A stretch of DNA of 64,000 nucleotides from Phycisphaerae bacterium. Lineage in GTDB: Bacteria; Planctomycetota; Phycisphaerae; UBA1845; Fen-1342. Made by a program: the position numbers and the translations under genes. The stretch lies in NCBI GenBank assembly GCA_963675745.2, contig CAXXWX010000019.1, positions 32,001 to 96,000 on the forward strand, read 5' to 3'. Below the pieces are notes generated by a model. The model was not told where the DNA came from. It was given only the letters and a program-made list of their open reading frames with translations, and made no database searches. Below, piece after piece: positions 20,023 to 29,975 of the stretch. Every line of letters starts with the position of its first letter. Position 1 is the first letter of the stretch.

Positions 20023-22593
20023 CTACCCACTCAGCAGCGCGACAAACGCATCAATGTCGCCGTTGTTGACGAAGCCGTCGGCGTTTACGTCGGCCAGCAT
20101 GATGTCGCAGTCGGGGAAGGCGGCGGCGTAGCCGGCCGCGTCGCTGATCGCCAGCACGAATGCGTCGATATCTCCGTTATTGATGGAGCCGTCGCAGTTC
20201 ATGTCGCCGACCTGGTGGAAAGTGACGGTCGCGAACTGGTCGCCGGGAACGGTGGTCATGTCGGGCGTCTCGCCGAGATTGGACCAGCCGCCGCCGAGGC
20301 CGGGCAGCCATTGGTTGCTGACGTCGCCGTTGGACTCGAAGATGAAGACGCACACGCGAATGGGATCGACGATCGGCGTGGCGAGGCCGATGTCAACCAG
20401 CGGGACGAGCAACTCCAGTCCGGTAGTCGCCGTGTCAGCTCCCGTGGCGCTGGTATCGGTGACGCCGGCGGTGTTGGTGTTATCAAACGCGCACTCCATC
20501 TGGTTGGGGTTTGAGCCGCCGGTGATCACACCATCGCCGTCGTTGACGGTGCCCTGGCCCCGATAGGTCTTGTCCACCCCGCCGCCGGTCAGCAACTCAT
20601 ATTGATCGACCCAGAACGTCGCGCTGTTGGCGTTGACGAAGTAAAGGTGATCCGGCGCAAAGCCCGCATCGAATTCGAGACCGGTGAGCAACGGCGGTTG
20701 CTCCGGCGGTGTGGAGGCGCCATCCAGGTCGAGCACGGTCTGCCCGCCGCTAACCGTGTCGAAAAACAAGGCCAGCCCCGTGCCATCGGTTGCGAGGTTG
20801 CCGGTGATACCCACGCTGAGCATCTCGCCGCTGACGTCGATAAAGAGCTGGTCTAATTCAGAGACGTTGTCGCCCAGGCCGGTGGCATTGTCCTGCGTGG
20901 CAACCAGGGCACCGGCGCCGAGGTCGGTCGGAATCTCGCGCCCGTCCACCGCGGAGCCGCCGCCGTCGGGCGGGTCAATCTGCACTTCCATGATGCGATA
21001 GGAGTATGCCGCCATCCCCATTGGATAGGAGTCTTTGTTCGCCTCGGTTAGCGCCGGCAGGCTCACCTCGTTGAGCACATCGTAGGGCGTCGTGGTGCCG
21101 CCGGGGATCGGGAAGTCGCTCAGATCGAGGCTGACCGACTCGCTGTAGCCGCTGAGGTTGATGACAACGAGCATTTGCTGGTCGTCATGGTGGCGGACGA
21201 ACGAGTAGACCGCTTCGTTGTTGTTGTAGACGGAGTAATACGCGCCACGGCGCAGGGCGATATGGGCCTTGCGGGCGGCGATCAGCAGCCGGTATTCCTC
21301 GAGCAGCGACCCGCTCACGCCGAGCTGCTCTTCGACGCTGCGCCCGTCGTTGTTCTGCGAGAAGCGGTTGTTGTAGGCCGGCGGGTAGAGCACGTCGTAG
21401 TTCGACATCGGTGCGCCGGCGATGGCTTTCCACTTGAACGGCTCGCGCATCGGGATGTCCTTGGCGTCGCCGGCGTAGCTGTCCTGTTTCCACCCGAGCA
21501 TGCCCAATTCGTCGCCGTAGTAGATGATCGGCGGGTGCGCAAGCGTCATCAGCACGGCGGCGGCAACCTTCCCCTTGGCCATGCTGCCGCCGATCGCCGT
21601 CGCCAGCCGGTCAACGTCATGGTCGCCGATAATGCCGACAAACAGCCGATCGGCGGGCTGCAACGCCGCCGCCGCCTCGGCCTGGCTGTAGAGCGAGGCG
21701 GCCAGCTCGTTTGCCAGCGCGTCACGCGCGCCGAACTCGAGCGGCTTGGTCATGGTCGCATCATGCGCCGGCATCAGCTCGACACCCCAACTGCCCCAGT
21801 CGGCCTGCTCGGCAAACGTGAACACGTCGGGATTGACCGATTGAAGGGCCTGTTTCCAGGGCACCCAAAAGCTGTCGATGTTATAGCCCCAGCCGTCCGG
21901 GCCCGAGGAGTAGTATTCCCACACGTGATCGAGCCGGTAGCCGTCCACACCGTCGGCGAAATTGCCGTCGTTGTCCGGGTCGAGCCAGTGTTGGGCCCAG
22001 GTCGTCACCAGATTGACCGGTGACGGGTGGCGCAGGTCCCAGTGGATGAAGCCGACCGTATCGCCGTTCCACGTCGTGTAGCTGCTGCCCAGGTACCACG
22101 TGTTGGCGGAGTTCTCGAAGGCGAGCCAGTCGTCGTACGGGCTACTCGGGTTGCCGTAGGCGCTCTGAAACCAGATCGAGTCGTGGCTGATGCCGTAGGC
22201 TACGTAGTCGATGAAGACCTTGATGCCGCGCGCATGGGCGGCTTCGACGAAGCTGATGAACTGGGCCTCGCTGCCGAACCGCGTGTTGAGCGTATCCGCC
22301 GCGCCGTGCTGATAACCGTGATACGCGGGTGAGGGGAAGATCGGGTTCATCCAGATAGCGGTGACGCCGAGGTATTCGAGATAGTCGAGCGAGGCGATCA
22401 TGCCGTCGAAGTCGCCATAGTGCGGGTCGCCGGCATCCCAGGGCTCATTCGGATCGAACCCGCTGTCGCGCCAGGCGATGGGCATGAAGTGATAGAAGAC
22501 GTCATCGACCGGCTCGCCGGCCGGGCCGGGCGTCACGAGCGCGCCCGCGCAACATATAACACAGATAGTCCTCAGGATTGCCGGCAGGCGCAT
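20023..22593 (-). CDS. Secreted GH13 alpha-amylase-family glycosidase with C-terminal dockerin-like repeat
   Basis: Signal peptide; GDFDGMIASLDYL, IWMNPI, YHGY, DGYRLD, AEQ, DHD, IYYGDELG. C-terminal GDMNCDG..DIDAFV and ADVNADG..DIDAFV. Confidence 0.93.
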   Translation of the reverse strand: MRLPAILRTICVICCAGALVTPGPAGEPVDDVFYHFMPIAWRDSGFDPNEPWDAGDPHYGDFDGMIASLDYLEYLGVTAIWMNPIFPSPAYHGYQHGAADTLNTRFGSEAQFISFVEAAHARGIKVFIDYVAYGISHDSIWFQSAYGNPSSPYDDWLAFENSANTWYLGSSYTTWNGDTVGFIHWDLRHPSPVNLVTTWAQHWLDPDNDGNFADGVDGYRLDHVWEYYSSGPDGWGYNIDSFWVPWKQALQSVNPDVFTFAEQADWGSWGVELMPAHDATMTKPLEFGARDALANELAASLYSQAEAAAALQPADRLFVGIIGDHDVDRLATAIGGSMAKGKVAAAVLMTLAHPPIIYYGDELGMLGWKQDSYAGDAKDIPMREPFKWKAIAGAPMSNYDVLYPPAYNNRFSQNNDGRSVEEQLGVSGSLLEEYRLLIAARKAHIALRRGAYYSVYNNNEAVYSFVRHHDDQQMLVVINLSGYSESVSLDLSDFPIPGGTTTPYDVLNEVSLPALTEANKDSYPMGMAAYSYRIMEVQIDPPDGGGSAVDGREIPTDLGAGALVATQDNATGLGDNVSELDQLFIDVSGEMLSVGITGNLATDGTGLALFFDTVSGGQTVLDLDGASTPPEQPPLLTGLEFDAGFAPDHLYFVNANSATFWVDQYELLTGGGVDKTYRGQGTVNDGDGVITGGSNPNQMECAFDNTNTAGVTDTSATGADTATTGLELLVPLVDIGLATPIVDPIRVCVFIFESNGDVSNQWLPGLGGGWSNLGETPDMTTVPGDQFATVTFHQVGDMNCDGSINNGDIDAFVLAISDAAGYAAAFPDCDIMLADVNADGFVNNGDIDAFVALLSG

Positions 22594-22732
22594 CGCGATC
22601 TCCGTAGGTGGTTACATTCGCTCATCTCCCATGCTAGCGAAGTGAGCGGCCACAGCAAAGGATAATGCCCCCGCTTGCCGGCGCCGTGACACTTCCGGCG
22701 GCAATCCCGCGTCCGTGGTTTCCGAGTTACTT

Positions 22733-22915
22733 GCCCCGTAGGGGCACCTGAATACAGCCCAGCACGCAGTGCTGGGTTTGGGTCGCGTAACCGGCCGCCA
22801 AGTCCCGCACGGGACGACTGAAAGCTCAGCCGTCCCGGTGGGACTCGGTTTTCACGTGGCCACGATTGCCCCAGCACTGCGTGCTGGGCTATGTTCATTG
22901 CGCCTCTGCGGGACG
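22733..22915. repeat. Composite palindromic REP/MITE-like element
   Basis: Nested inverted repeats AGCCCAGCACGCAGTGCTGGG / CCCAGCACTGCGTGCTGGGCT around AGTCCC..GGGACG..CGTCCC..GGGACT, with an outer GCCCCGTAGGGGC hairpin. Confidence 0.8.
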
Positions 22916-23054
22916 ACATCGCCACGATCCGCCGATTGTGTCACCGGACTCCCGCTTGCGCCCAATCGACCTCTCAAGCCATCGCGCTGGACACGGTGTG
23001 GCAGCGTGGCAGGGGTTCGCGGGGGCTCGATCCGGCCCTGCCGGATCTGTCTGA

Positions 23055-26000
23055 TCAGCGCACGTTGAAGTATCGCGCGTCGGGATGATAAGTGGCGATG
23101 GCGCTGGTTGTCTGTTCCGGCTCAAACTGGAACTCGTCGCTGAGGGTTACGCCGATGCGCTCCGGGTTGAGCAGAGCCATGAACGCCCGTTGGTCCTCCA
23201 GGTTGGGGCAGGCCGGGTAGCCGAAACTGTAACGACTACCCTGGTAGCCCTGCTGGAAGAGCTTGCGCAACTCGCGGGCGTCGCGTCCGGCCACGCCTAG
23301 TTCCATGCGAATCTGCCGGTGGATGTACTCGGCCAGCGCTTCGGCGAGCTCGACGCCCAGCCCGTGCAGGTACAGGTACTGCCGGTACTCGTCCGCAGCG
23401 AACCAGTCACGGGCGACTTCGCTCACGCGCGGTCCGGCCGTCACGATCGACAGGGCGCAAACATCCACCGTCCCGTCCTCCAGCGGGCGCCAGAAGTCGG
23501 ACAGGCACCAGAACGGCTTACGCATCTGGCGCGGGAACTTGAACCGCCAGACTTCGTTGCCATGCCACTCGGGGCGGTCGATGGTCCCGTGTGGCGGCTC
23601 GAAGATGACCAGGTCGTCGCCGTCGGAATTGCACGGCCAATAGCCATACACGGTCCGGGGCAGGAGAATCTCGTCGCGCTCGCACCGCGCGACAAGTTCG
23701 CGGTAAATCGGGCGCACTTCGCGGTCGATGTACTTCTTGAACTCGCCGGCGGATCGCCCCTTCTTGCGGAAGCCCCATTGCACCTGGAAGAGCATGACCT
23801 CGTTGATGTAACCCAGCGCCGCGCGCAGCGGCACATCCACCACACGCGCCCCCCAGAAAGGCGGCTTCGGCACCGGCCATGTGTGACCGATGTCCGAGCG
23901 CATCGGCCTGGCCTCGAATGCCGCGCGCGCGGCGGCGGCGGCTTCCTTGGCCTCACGCGCCAGCGGCGCCAGCTTCTCGTCCAGCGGCTTGAGCCCATAC
24001 CGCTTCTCCATCTCGTGGGCCAACTGCTCAATCGAGCTGACCTCGGTAGCGGCGGCTGTAACGATCGCCTCTTCGGCCAGTTCTTCTTCATCGGCCGCGA
24101 CTGATGTGCCGGCTGCGATCCGTTCCATGGCGCGCAGGCCGTCGAAGGCGTCCTTGGCGTAGTGCACCTCGCCGCGGTACACGCCGCGCAGTTCTTCTTC
24201 GACGTACTTACGGGTCAGCGCCGCGCCGCCGAGGATCACCGGGACGGTCACGCCGCGCTCGTTGAGCACTTCCAGATCCTCGCGCATCACGACGGTGGAC
24301 TTGACCAGCAGCCCGCTGAGGCCGATCGCGTCGGCCTGGTGCTCGTGCCAGGCCTGGATGATGTTGTTGATCGGTTGCTTGATGCCCAGGTTGTAGACGG
24401 TGTACCCGTTGTTGCTGAGGATGATATCCACCAGGTTTTTGCCGATGTCGTGTACGTCGCCGCGGACGGTGGCCAGCACTATTTTGGCGCGCGCGTCGGT
24501 GTCGGACTTCTCCATGTGTGGTTCGAGGTGCGCCACCGCCGCCTTCATCGTCTCGGCCGACCTGAGCACGAAAGGCAGTTGCATCTGCCCCGATCCAAAC
24601 AGCTCGCCGACCGTTTTCATGCCCGCCAGCAGAAACTCGTTGATGATGTAGAACGGCTGGTATTTCTCCATCGCCCGGTCGAGATCCTCGGCCAGGCCCT
24701 GTTTCTGGCCGTCGATGATTCGTTGGCTGAGTCGCTCTTCCAGCGGCAAGTCGGTGATGCGCGCCTTTTCGCCAAGCGTTTCGCCTTCGGAGAAGAGCGC
24801 CATGAAGCGTTCGAGTGGATCGCCGCTCTCGCGCCGGTCGTGAATCAGATCCAGCGCGGCCGTCCAGCGCTCATCGCCGATCTGGTGGCGCGGGAGGATC
24901 TTGCTGGCGTGAACGATGGCGGCGGTCAGGCCATGCCCGCGCGCCTCGTGCAGGAAGGCCGAGTTGAGCACGACCCGCGCCGCCGGCTGCAACCCGAAGC
25001 TCACGTTGCTGACACCCAGAATCGACTGGCAGTTGGGAAACGCGTCCATCACCCGCTTGATGCCTGCCAGTGTCTCCAGGGCCAGGCGGCGGTCGGCCTC
25101 GTTTCCGGTCGTGATCGGAAAGGTCAGGCAATCGAAGAAGATGTCTTCATCGCGCAGCCCGTGTTTCTCTGTCAGCAGACCGTGCAGTCGCCGGGCAACG
25201 GCCAGCTTCCGATCGGCTGTTTTCGCCATGGCCTCAGCCGGGTCATCATCGATCGTCAGGGCCACGACGGCCGCCCCGTATTGCAGGCACAAGCCGGCGA
25301 TCTTCGCCAGGCGCTCTTCGCCGTCTTCCAGGTTCACCGAATTGATGATGCACTTGCCGCCGGTGAGTTTCAGCCCGGCCTCCAGCACATCGGCCTGGGT
25401 GCTGTCGAGCATCAGGGGCAAGGTAATGTCGCTGGCGAAGCGGTCCGCCACCAGTTGCATGTCCGCCACCCCATCGCGCCCGACGTAATCGACACAAACG
25501 TCCAACACGTGTGACTCGGGGACTTGCTGCTGGGCCGTCTGCACCAGACCCTCGATGTCCCCCTCGGCCAGCAAGCGCTTGAACATGCGCGAGCCGTTTG
25601 TGTTGCAGCGCTCGCCGACAATCAGGAAGCTCTTGTCCTGACGCATGGTCACGGCTTGGTACAGGCTGCTGACCGACGGCTCATGGACCGGTTTGCGCGG
25701 CTTGGGTGTCAGGCCGCGGACCGCGGCCGCCACCGCCGCGATGTGCTCCGCGGTTGTGCCACAACATCCCCCCACGATATTCACGCCGTCTGATTCGACA
25801 AATTCCCGTAGCCAGCGGGCGAGTTCGTCGGGAGAGAGCGGGAAATGGGCGTGTCCATCCACGACCTGCGGCAGGCCGGCGTTGGGCTGCACGCTGATCG
25901 CGCGCGTGCAGTGGGCCGCCAGGTACCTCACGTGCTCCCCCATCTCCCGCGGTCCGGTTGCGCAGTTCATCCCGATCACGTCGACTTCGGGATACGCCTC

Positions 26001-26642
26001 GATCGCGGTCAGCGCCCCGGCGATCTCCGTGCCCAGCAGCATCGTGCCGGTCGTCTCCACCGTGACCTGCACGATCAGCGGCACGCGCACCCCGCAGGTG
26101 TCAAACCCGCTGCGCGCGGCCTGGATCGCCGCCTTGACTTGCAGGATGTCCTGGCAGGTTTCGATGATCAGTACGTCAACGCCGGCGTCGAGCAGAGCGC
26201 GGGCCTGCTCGGAGTAGCTGGCGACCAGCGCATCATAGGTCGTCTGGCGCAGCGAAGGCAGCTTGGTTCCCGGGCCGATTGAGCCGGCGACATAGCGAGG
26301 GTGGGCCGGCGTGCTGAAGGCCTCGGCGGCCCGCCGCGCGATCTCCACCGCCCGCCGATTCAAGTCGCAGACGCGCTCGGCCAGATCAAACTCCGCCAGA
26401 ACGATCCGGTTCGATCCGAAAGTGTTGGTTTCGACGATGTCGGCGCCGGCCTCGAAAAAACCGCTGTGAATCCGCTCAATCACGTCCGGGCGGGTTTCGC
26501 AGAGAATCTCCGAGCAGTTCTCCAGCCCACGATAATCGCTGAGCGGCAGATCAAACGCGTGAATCGACGTGCCCATCGCGCCATCAAAGACCATGACGCC
26601 ACCGGCAAGCTGTTCCAGAAATCGTCTTCCAGAGTCCCGCAA
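23055..26642 (-). CDS. metH: Cobalamin-dependent methionine synthase
   Basis: DGAMGT, ETNTF, GMNCATG, GGCCGT, GERCNTNGS, GDVHDIGKN, LSGLL, RYSFGYPACP. Probable TTG start at 26642 after AAAGGAG. Confidence 0.97.
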   Translation of the reverse strand: MRDSGRRFLEQLAGGVMVFDGAMGTSIHAFDLPLSDYRGLENCSEILCETRPDVIERIHSGFFEAGADIVETNTFGSNRIVLAEFDLAERVCDLNRRAVEIARRAAEAFSTPAHPRYVAGSIGPGTKLPSLRQTTYDALVASYSEQARALLDAGVDVLIIETCQDILQVKAAIQAARSGFDTCGVRVPLIVQVTVETTGTMLLGTEIAGALTAIEAYPEVDVIGMNCATGPREMGEHVRYLAAHCTRAISVQPNAGLPQVVDGHAHFPLSPDELARWLREFVESDGVNIVGGCCGTTAEHIAAVAAAVRGLTPKPRKPVHEPSVSSLYQAVTMRQDKSFLIVGERCNTNGSRMFKRLLAEGDIEGLVQTAQQQVPESHVLDVCVDYVGRDGVADMQLVADRFASDITLPLMLDSTQADVLEAGLKLTGGKCIINSVNLEDGEERLAKIAGLCLQYGAAVVALTIDDDPAEAMAKTADRKLAVARRLHGLLTEKHGLRDEDIFFDCLTFPITTGNEADRRLALETLAGIKRVMDAFPNCQSILGVSNVSFGLQPAARVVLNSAFLHEARGHGLTAAIVHASKILPRHQIGDERWTAALDLIHDRRESGDPLERFMALFSEGETLGEKARITDLPLEERLSQRIIDGQKQGLAEDLDRAMEKYQPFYIINEFLLAGMKTVGELFGSGQMQLPFVLRSAETMKAAVAHLEPHMEKSDTDARAKIVLATVRGDVHDIGKNLVDIILSNNGYTVYNLGIKQPINNIIQAWHEHQADAIGLSGLLVKSTVVMREDLEVLNERGVTVPVILGGAALTRKYVEEELRGVYRGEVHYAKDAFDGLRAMERIAAGTSVAADEEELAEEAIVTAAATEVSSIEQLAHEMEKRYGLKPLDEKLAPLAREAKEAAAAARAAFEARPMRSDIGHTWPVPKPPFWGARVVDVPLRAALGYINEVMLFQVQWGFRKKGRSAGEFKKYIDREVRPIYRELVARCERDEILLPRTVYGYWPCNSDGDDLVIFEPPHGTIDRPEWHGNEVWRFKFPRQMRKPFWCLSDFWRPLEDGTVDVCALSIVTAGPRVSEVARDWFAADEYRQYLYLHGLGVELAEALAEYIHRQIRMELGVAGRDARELRKLFQQGYQGSRYSFGYPACPNLEDQRAFMALLNPERIGVTLSDEFQFEPEQTTSAIATYHPDARYFNVR

Positions 26643-26860
26643 CTTGGCTCCTTTGTCGGATAGTATAGCGCGACGACCGACGCGCACCCCGGCCCGGACA
26701 TATCGGATGCTGTTCGGCGACCGCGGCCCCGGCGGATGCGGACCGGAATGGCGCGGCTCGGCGACCGCTTGCCACATTCTCGCAACGCGATATTATAACA
26801 GGTTACGAAACCGGGCGCCGCTAGCTACTATCGCCGCGATTTGCTGGAGATTTGACACCG

Positions 26861-28189
26861 ATGACAGATGTATTGCAGGATCTTGCCCCGTTCTTTGATC
26901 TGCCGGAACCGACGATCGAGGCGGTTAATGCCATGGCCGACACCGTTCACGAGTCGTCGGCAACCTGGGAGAAGTTTGAGGGGCTCCTGCGCGAGCGGGT
27001 CGACGCGGGCGACACGGGGCCACTCAAGCTGGCGACCGGTTTCTTCATGCTCGGCCGGTTCGGCGAGGCACTCGAGTGGTTTGGCAAGGCGGGGAACGAC
27101 AAGTACGGCCATTACTACGCGTCGTTGTCGGCGTTGGCGCTCGGGCGCACCGATGAGGCGCTGGCGCTGCTGGGCCAGGCACAATCCGCCGGTTGGGACG
27201 CGTTCGACGCCGATATGCGCGCGGTTGAGGTGCACGTCCGCGCCGGCGATATCGATGCCGCGCAAAAGCTCGTCGAGCGCCACGCGCGCGTCGGCGAGGA
27301 TCGTGCCGACTGGTATTACGCGCGCGCCTTGGTCACCGAAGCGCGTGACAATCGGGAAGAGGCTGTCACGCTCTATGACAAGGCACTCACGCTGAGTCCC
27401 GACCATGAGCGCGCGCTTTTCCGCTGCGCCTGGCTGTATGACATGCGCGGCGACGACGAGCTGGCCATAGAGCTGTACCGCAAACTGACCACCCGGCCGC
27501 GGGCACGCATCAACGCGCTCATGAACACCGCCGTGATCTACGAGGATCTGGGCCAGTACGCCGAGGCGATCTCATGTCTGCGGCGGGTGTTGCACGTCTG
27601 CCCCAACCACGCCCGAGCGCGACTGTTCCTGAAGGACGTGGAGAGCAGCCGCGAGATGATCATCGATGAGCACGCCGACAGTGAGGTCGACGCGCGCAGC
27701 CGGCTGCTGGACGCCCCGATCAGCGAGTTCGAGCTGTCGGTCCGGGCGCGCAACTGCCTTAAGAAGATGAACATCAATACCCTCGGCCAGCTCATCCAAC
27801 TGACCGAATCCGAATTGCTGGCCTACAAGAACTTCGGCGAGGCCTCGCTCAACGAGATCAAGCAGTTGTTGGCGCGCAAGGGGCTGCGCCTCGGCCAGCG
27901 GCCCGACGAGATCGACCCGACGACCATCTCCACCGATGATATCGGCGTGCGCGTGGTTGTCCCGCCCGGACGTGAGGCGATTCTCAACAAGTCGGTCGCC
28001 GAGCTGGAGTTGTCGGTTCGCTCGCGGCGCTGTCTCCAGCGGCTCAACATCGTCACGTTGGGCGACCTGATTCAGCACAACGAGCCGGAACTGCTCGCCA
28101 CCCGCAACTTCGGCGTGACCTCGCTCAACGAGATCAAGGCCCGACTGGCCGAGATCGGCATGACGCTCGCGCCCAAGCAGCCTGACTGA
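26861..28189 (+). CDS. TPR-repeat protein with two RNA polymerase alpha C-terminal domains
   Basis: Helical TPR-like N-terminal region, then ELSVRARNCL..KNFGEASLNEIK and ELSVRSRRCL..RNFGVTSLNEIK. No alpha-NTD, so this is not rpoA. Confidence 0.92.
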   Translation: MTDVLQDLAPFFDLPEPTIEAVNAMADTVHESSATWEKFEGLLRERVDAGDTGPLKLATGFFMLGRFGEALEWFGKAGNDKYGHYYASLSALALGRTDEALALLGQAQSAGWDAFDADMRAVEVHVRAGDIDAAQKLVERHARVGEDRADWYYARALVTEARDNREEAVTLYDKALTLSPDHERALFRCAWLYDMRGDDELAIELYRKLTTRPRARINALMNTAVIYEDLGQYAEAISCLRRVLHVCPNHARARLFLKDVESSREMIIDEHADSEVDARSRLLDAPISEFELSVRARNCLKKMNINTLGQLIQLTESELLAYKNFGEASLNEIKQLLARKGLRLGQRPDEIDPTTISTDDIGVRVVVPPGREAILNKSVAELELSVRSRRCLQRLNIVTLGDLIQHNEPELLATRNFGVTSLNEIKARLAEIGMTLAPKQPD

Positions 28190-29331
28190 TGGCTGACACC
28201 GGTGACGGTGGCTTTCGCTTCGTCGTTACACACTCCAGCGGCCGCGCGCGGCGCGGCCGACTGACCACCCCGCACGGCACCATCGAGACCCCCGCGTTCA
28301 TGCCCGTCGGCACGCGCGCCACGCTCAAAGGGCTCACGCCACGGCAAGTGCGCGAGACTGGCACCCAGATCGTGCTGGCCAACACCTACCACCTGATGTT
28401 GCGCCCCGGCAGCGACGTCGTCGCGCATTTTGGCGGCTTGCACAGCTTCATGGGCTGGGATGGACCGATTCTGACCGACAGTGGCGGCTTTCAGGTGTTC
28501 TCACTGGCCCAGTTGCGCAGGCTGGACGACGACGGCGTCGAGTTCCGTTCGCACATCGATGGCGCCCTCATCAGCCTGACGCCCGAGTCATCAATCCACG
28601 CTCAGAACCAACTCGGCGCGGACATCATCATGGCTTTCGACGAATGCCCGCCGCTGCCCGCCGAGCGCGCTGCCATCGCCGCGGCCGTGCGCCGAACCGT
28701 GGCCTGGGGACGCCGCAGCAAAGGTGCCCATACGCGCGCGGAGCAAGCGCTTTACGGCATTGTGCAGGGCGGGCTCGAGCTGGACCAGCGACGAGCGTGC
28801 CTTGCCCAGCTTGCCGAGATCGGTTTCGACGGCTACGCCATCGGCGGCCTGTCGGTGGGTGAGCCGCCCGCCGAGATGCACGCCCTGCTCGCGGAGTTCG
28901 CGCACGAACTGCCCTCGGATTGCCCACGCTATTTGATGGGGGTCGGGCGTCCGGTGGATATTGTCGAGGCGGTCGCGGCCGGGGTAGACCAGTTCGATTG
29001 CGTATTGCCGACCCGTAACGGTCGTAAGGCCTACGCGTTCACCAGCGCTGGTGTGCGGCGTCTGCGCAACGCCGAACACAAGCTGTCCGAGCAACCGCTG
29101 GATAGCGCCTGTGACTGCTACTGCTGCCGCCACTTCACGCGCGGCTACTTGCGACACCTGTTCATGTCGGCGGAGCTGCTTGGCCCCACGCTGGTTTCGC
29201 TCCATAATGTGCACTTCTATCAGGATCTGATGCGGCAAGCGCGGGACGCGATCGAGGCCGATCGTTTCGAAACCTGGCGGCAAGAGTTTCTCACCAGCCC
29301 GGCGGCCTGCTGCAACGAGGACAACGCATGA
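28189..29331 (+). CDS. tgt: tRNA-guanine transglycosylase
   Basis: TPAFMPVGT, LANTYHL, TDSGGFQV, GGLSVGE, YLMGVG, DCVLPTR, zinc motif CDCYC. Confidence 0.97.
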   Translation: MADTGDGGFRFVVTHSSGRARRGRLTTPHGTIETPAFMPVGTRATLKGLTPRQVRETGTQIVLANTYHLMLRPGSDVVAHFGGLHSFMGWDGPILTDSGGFQVFSLAQLRRLDDDGVEFRSHIDGALISLTPESSIHAQNQLGADIIMAFDECPPLPAERAAIAAAVRRTVAWGRRSKGAHTRAEQALYGIVQGGLELDQRRACLAQLAEIGFDGYAIGGLSVGEPPAEMHALLAEFAHELPSDCPRYLMGVGRPVDIVEAVAAGVDQFDCVLPTRNGRKAYAFTSAGVRRLRNAEHKLSEQPLDSACDCYCCRHFTRGYLRHLFMSAELLGPTLVSLHNVHFYQDLMRQARDAIEADRFETWRQEFLTSPAACCNEDNA

Positions 29332-29738
29332 ACGATCTTCTGGCACAAATCGCGGACGCAGCCGCCCAGGACGCCGCCCCGTCGGAAGCGGCCCCGGCGC
29401 AGACAACCACCAATCAGCCGGTCACACCATCCGGCACCCAGCCGCCCCCGACGCGCCCGCAAGGCAGCATCTACGACTTTCTCGTGCCCATGGGCCTGAT
29501 GCTGGCTGTGGTCTACTACATCATGTGGCGCGGCAGCCGCAAGGACCGCCAGAAACAGCAGGACATGCTTAACGCCATCAAGCGCAATGATCGTGTGCAA
29601 ACGATCGGCGGCGTTCTGGGCACTGTTGTCGATGCGCGCGACGATGAGGTAATCGTCAAAGTTGACGAAACCAATAACGTCAAGATCCGCTTCAGCCGCA
29701 GCGCAATAAAAGAGGTCATCAGCGCGGATGCGTCCTAG
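29328..29738 (+). CDS. yajC: Preprotein translocase subunit YajC
   Basis: One TM helix, then DRVQTIGGVLGTV and KIRFSRSAI; follows tgt. Confidence 0.93.
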   Translation: MNDLLAQIADAAAQDAAPSEAAPAQTTTNQPVTPSGTQPPPTRPQGSIYDFLVPMGLMLAVVYYIMWRGSRKDRQKQQDMLNAIKRNDRVQTIGGVLGTVVDARDDEVIVKVDETNNVKIRFSRSAIKEVISADAS

Positions 29739-29796
29739 CACTGTATCCGCCGGAGGCGTTTCGTGTTTCGCGCGACGCTTCAGTGCAACATAACGT

Positions 29797-29878
29797 GTAA
29801 CGGCCGGCGCCTCGCCGGCCGCCTGATATCGGAAACGCCGTTTAACCGCGACGGCCTGCGAGGCGCAGGCCGCTACAG
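29797..29878. repeat. REP doublet (REPIN-like), copy 1
   Basis: GTAA-CGGCCGGCG-CCT-CGCCGGCCG on the plus strand and an inverted GTAG-CGGCCTGCG-CCT-CGCAGGCCG; matches 43587-43668. Confidence 0.85.
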
Positions 29879-29975
29879 CGCCGCAGGCGCGGAACAATCG
29901 AACTGGACACGGCACTAGCGCACGTTGGCACATGCCCCTGAGCCTGGGTGGCACAGGCGGCCCGCCTGTTATGTT

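Noticed and set aside
26643..26860. Cobalamin or SAM riboswitch upstream of metH
   Set aside because: The divergent gap is short and I could not recognise B12-box or S-box consensus elements; an Rfam scan would settle it.
26861..28189. rpoA
   Set aside because: No alpha-NTD and no ribosomal protein operon context; only CTD copies after TPRs.
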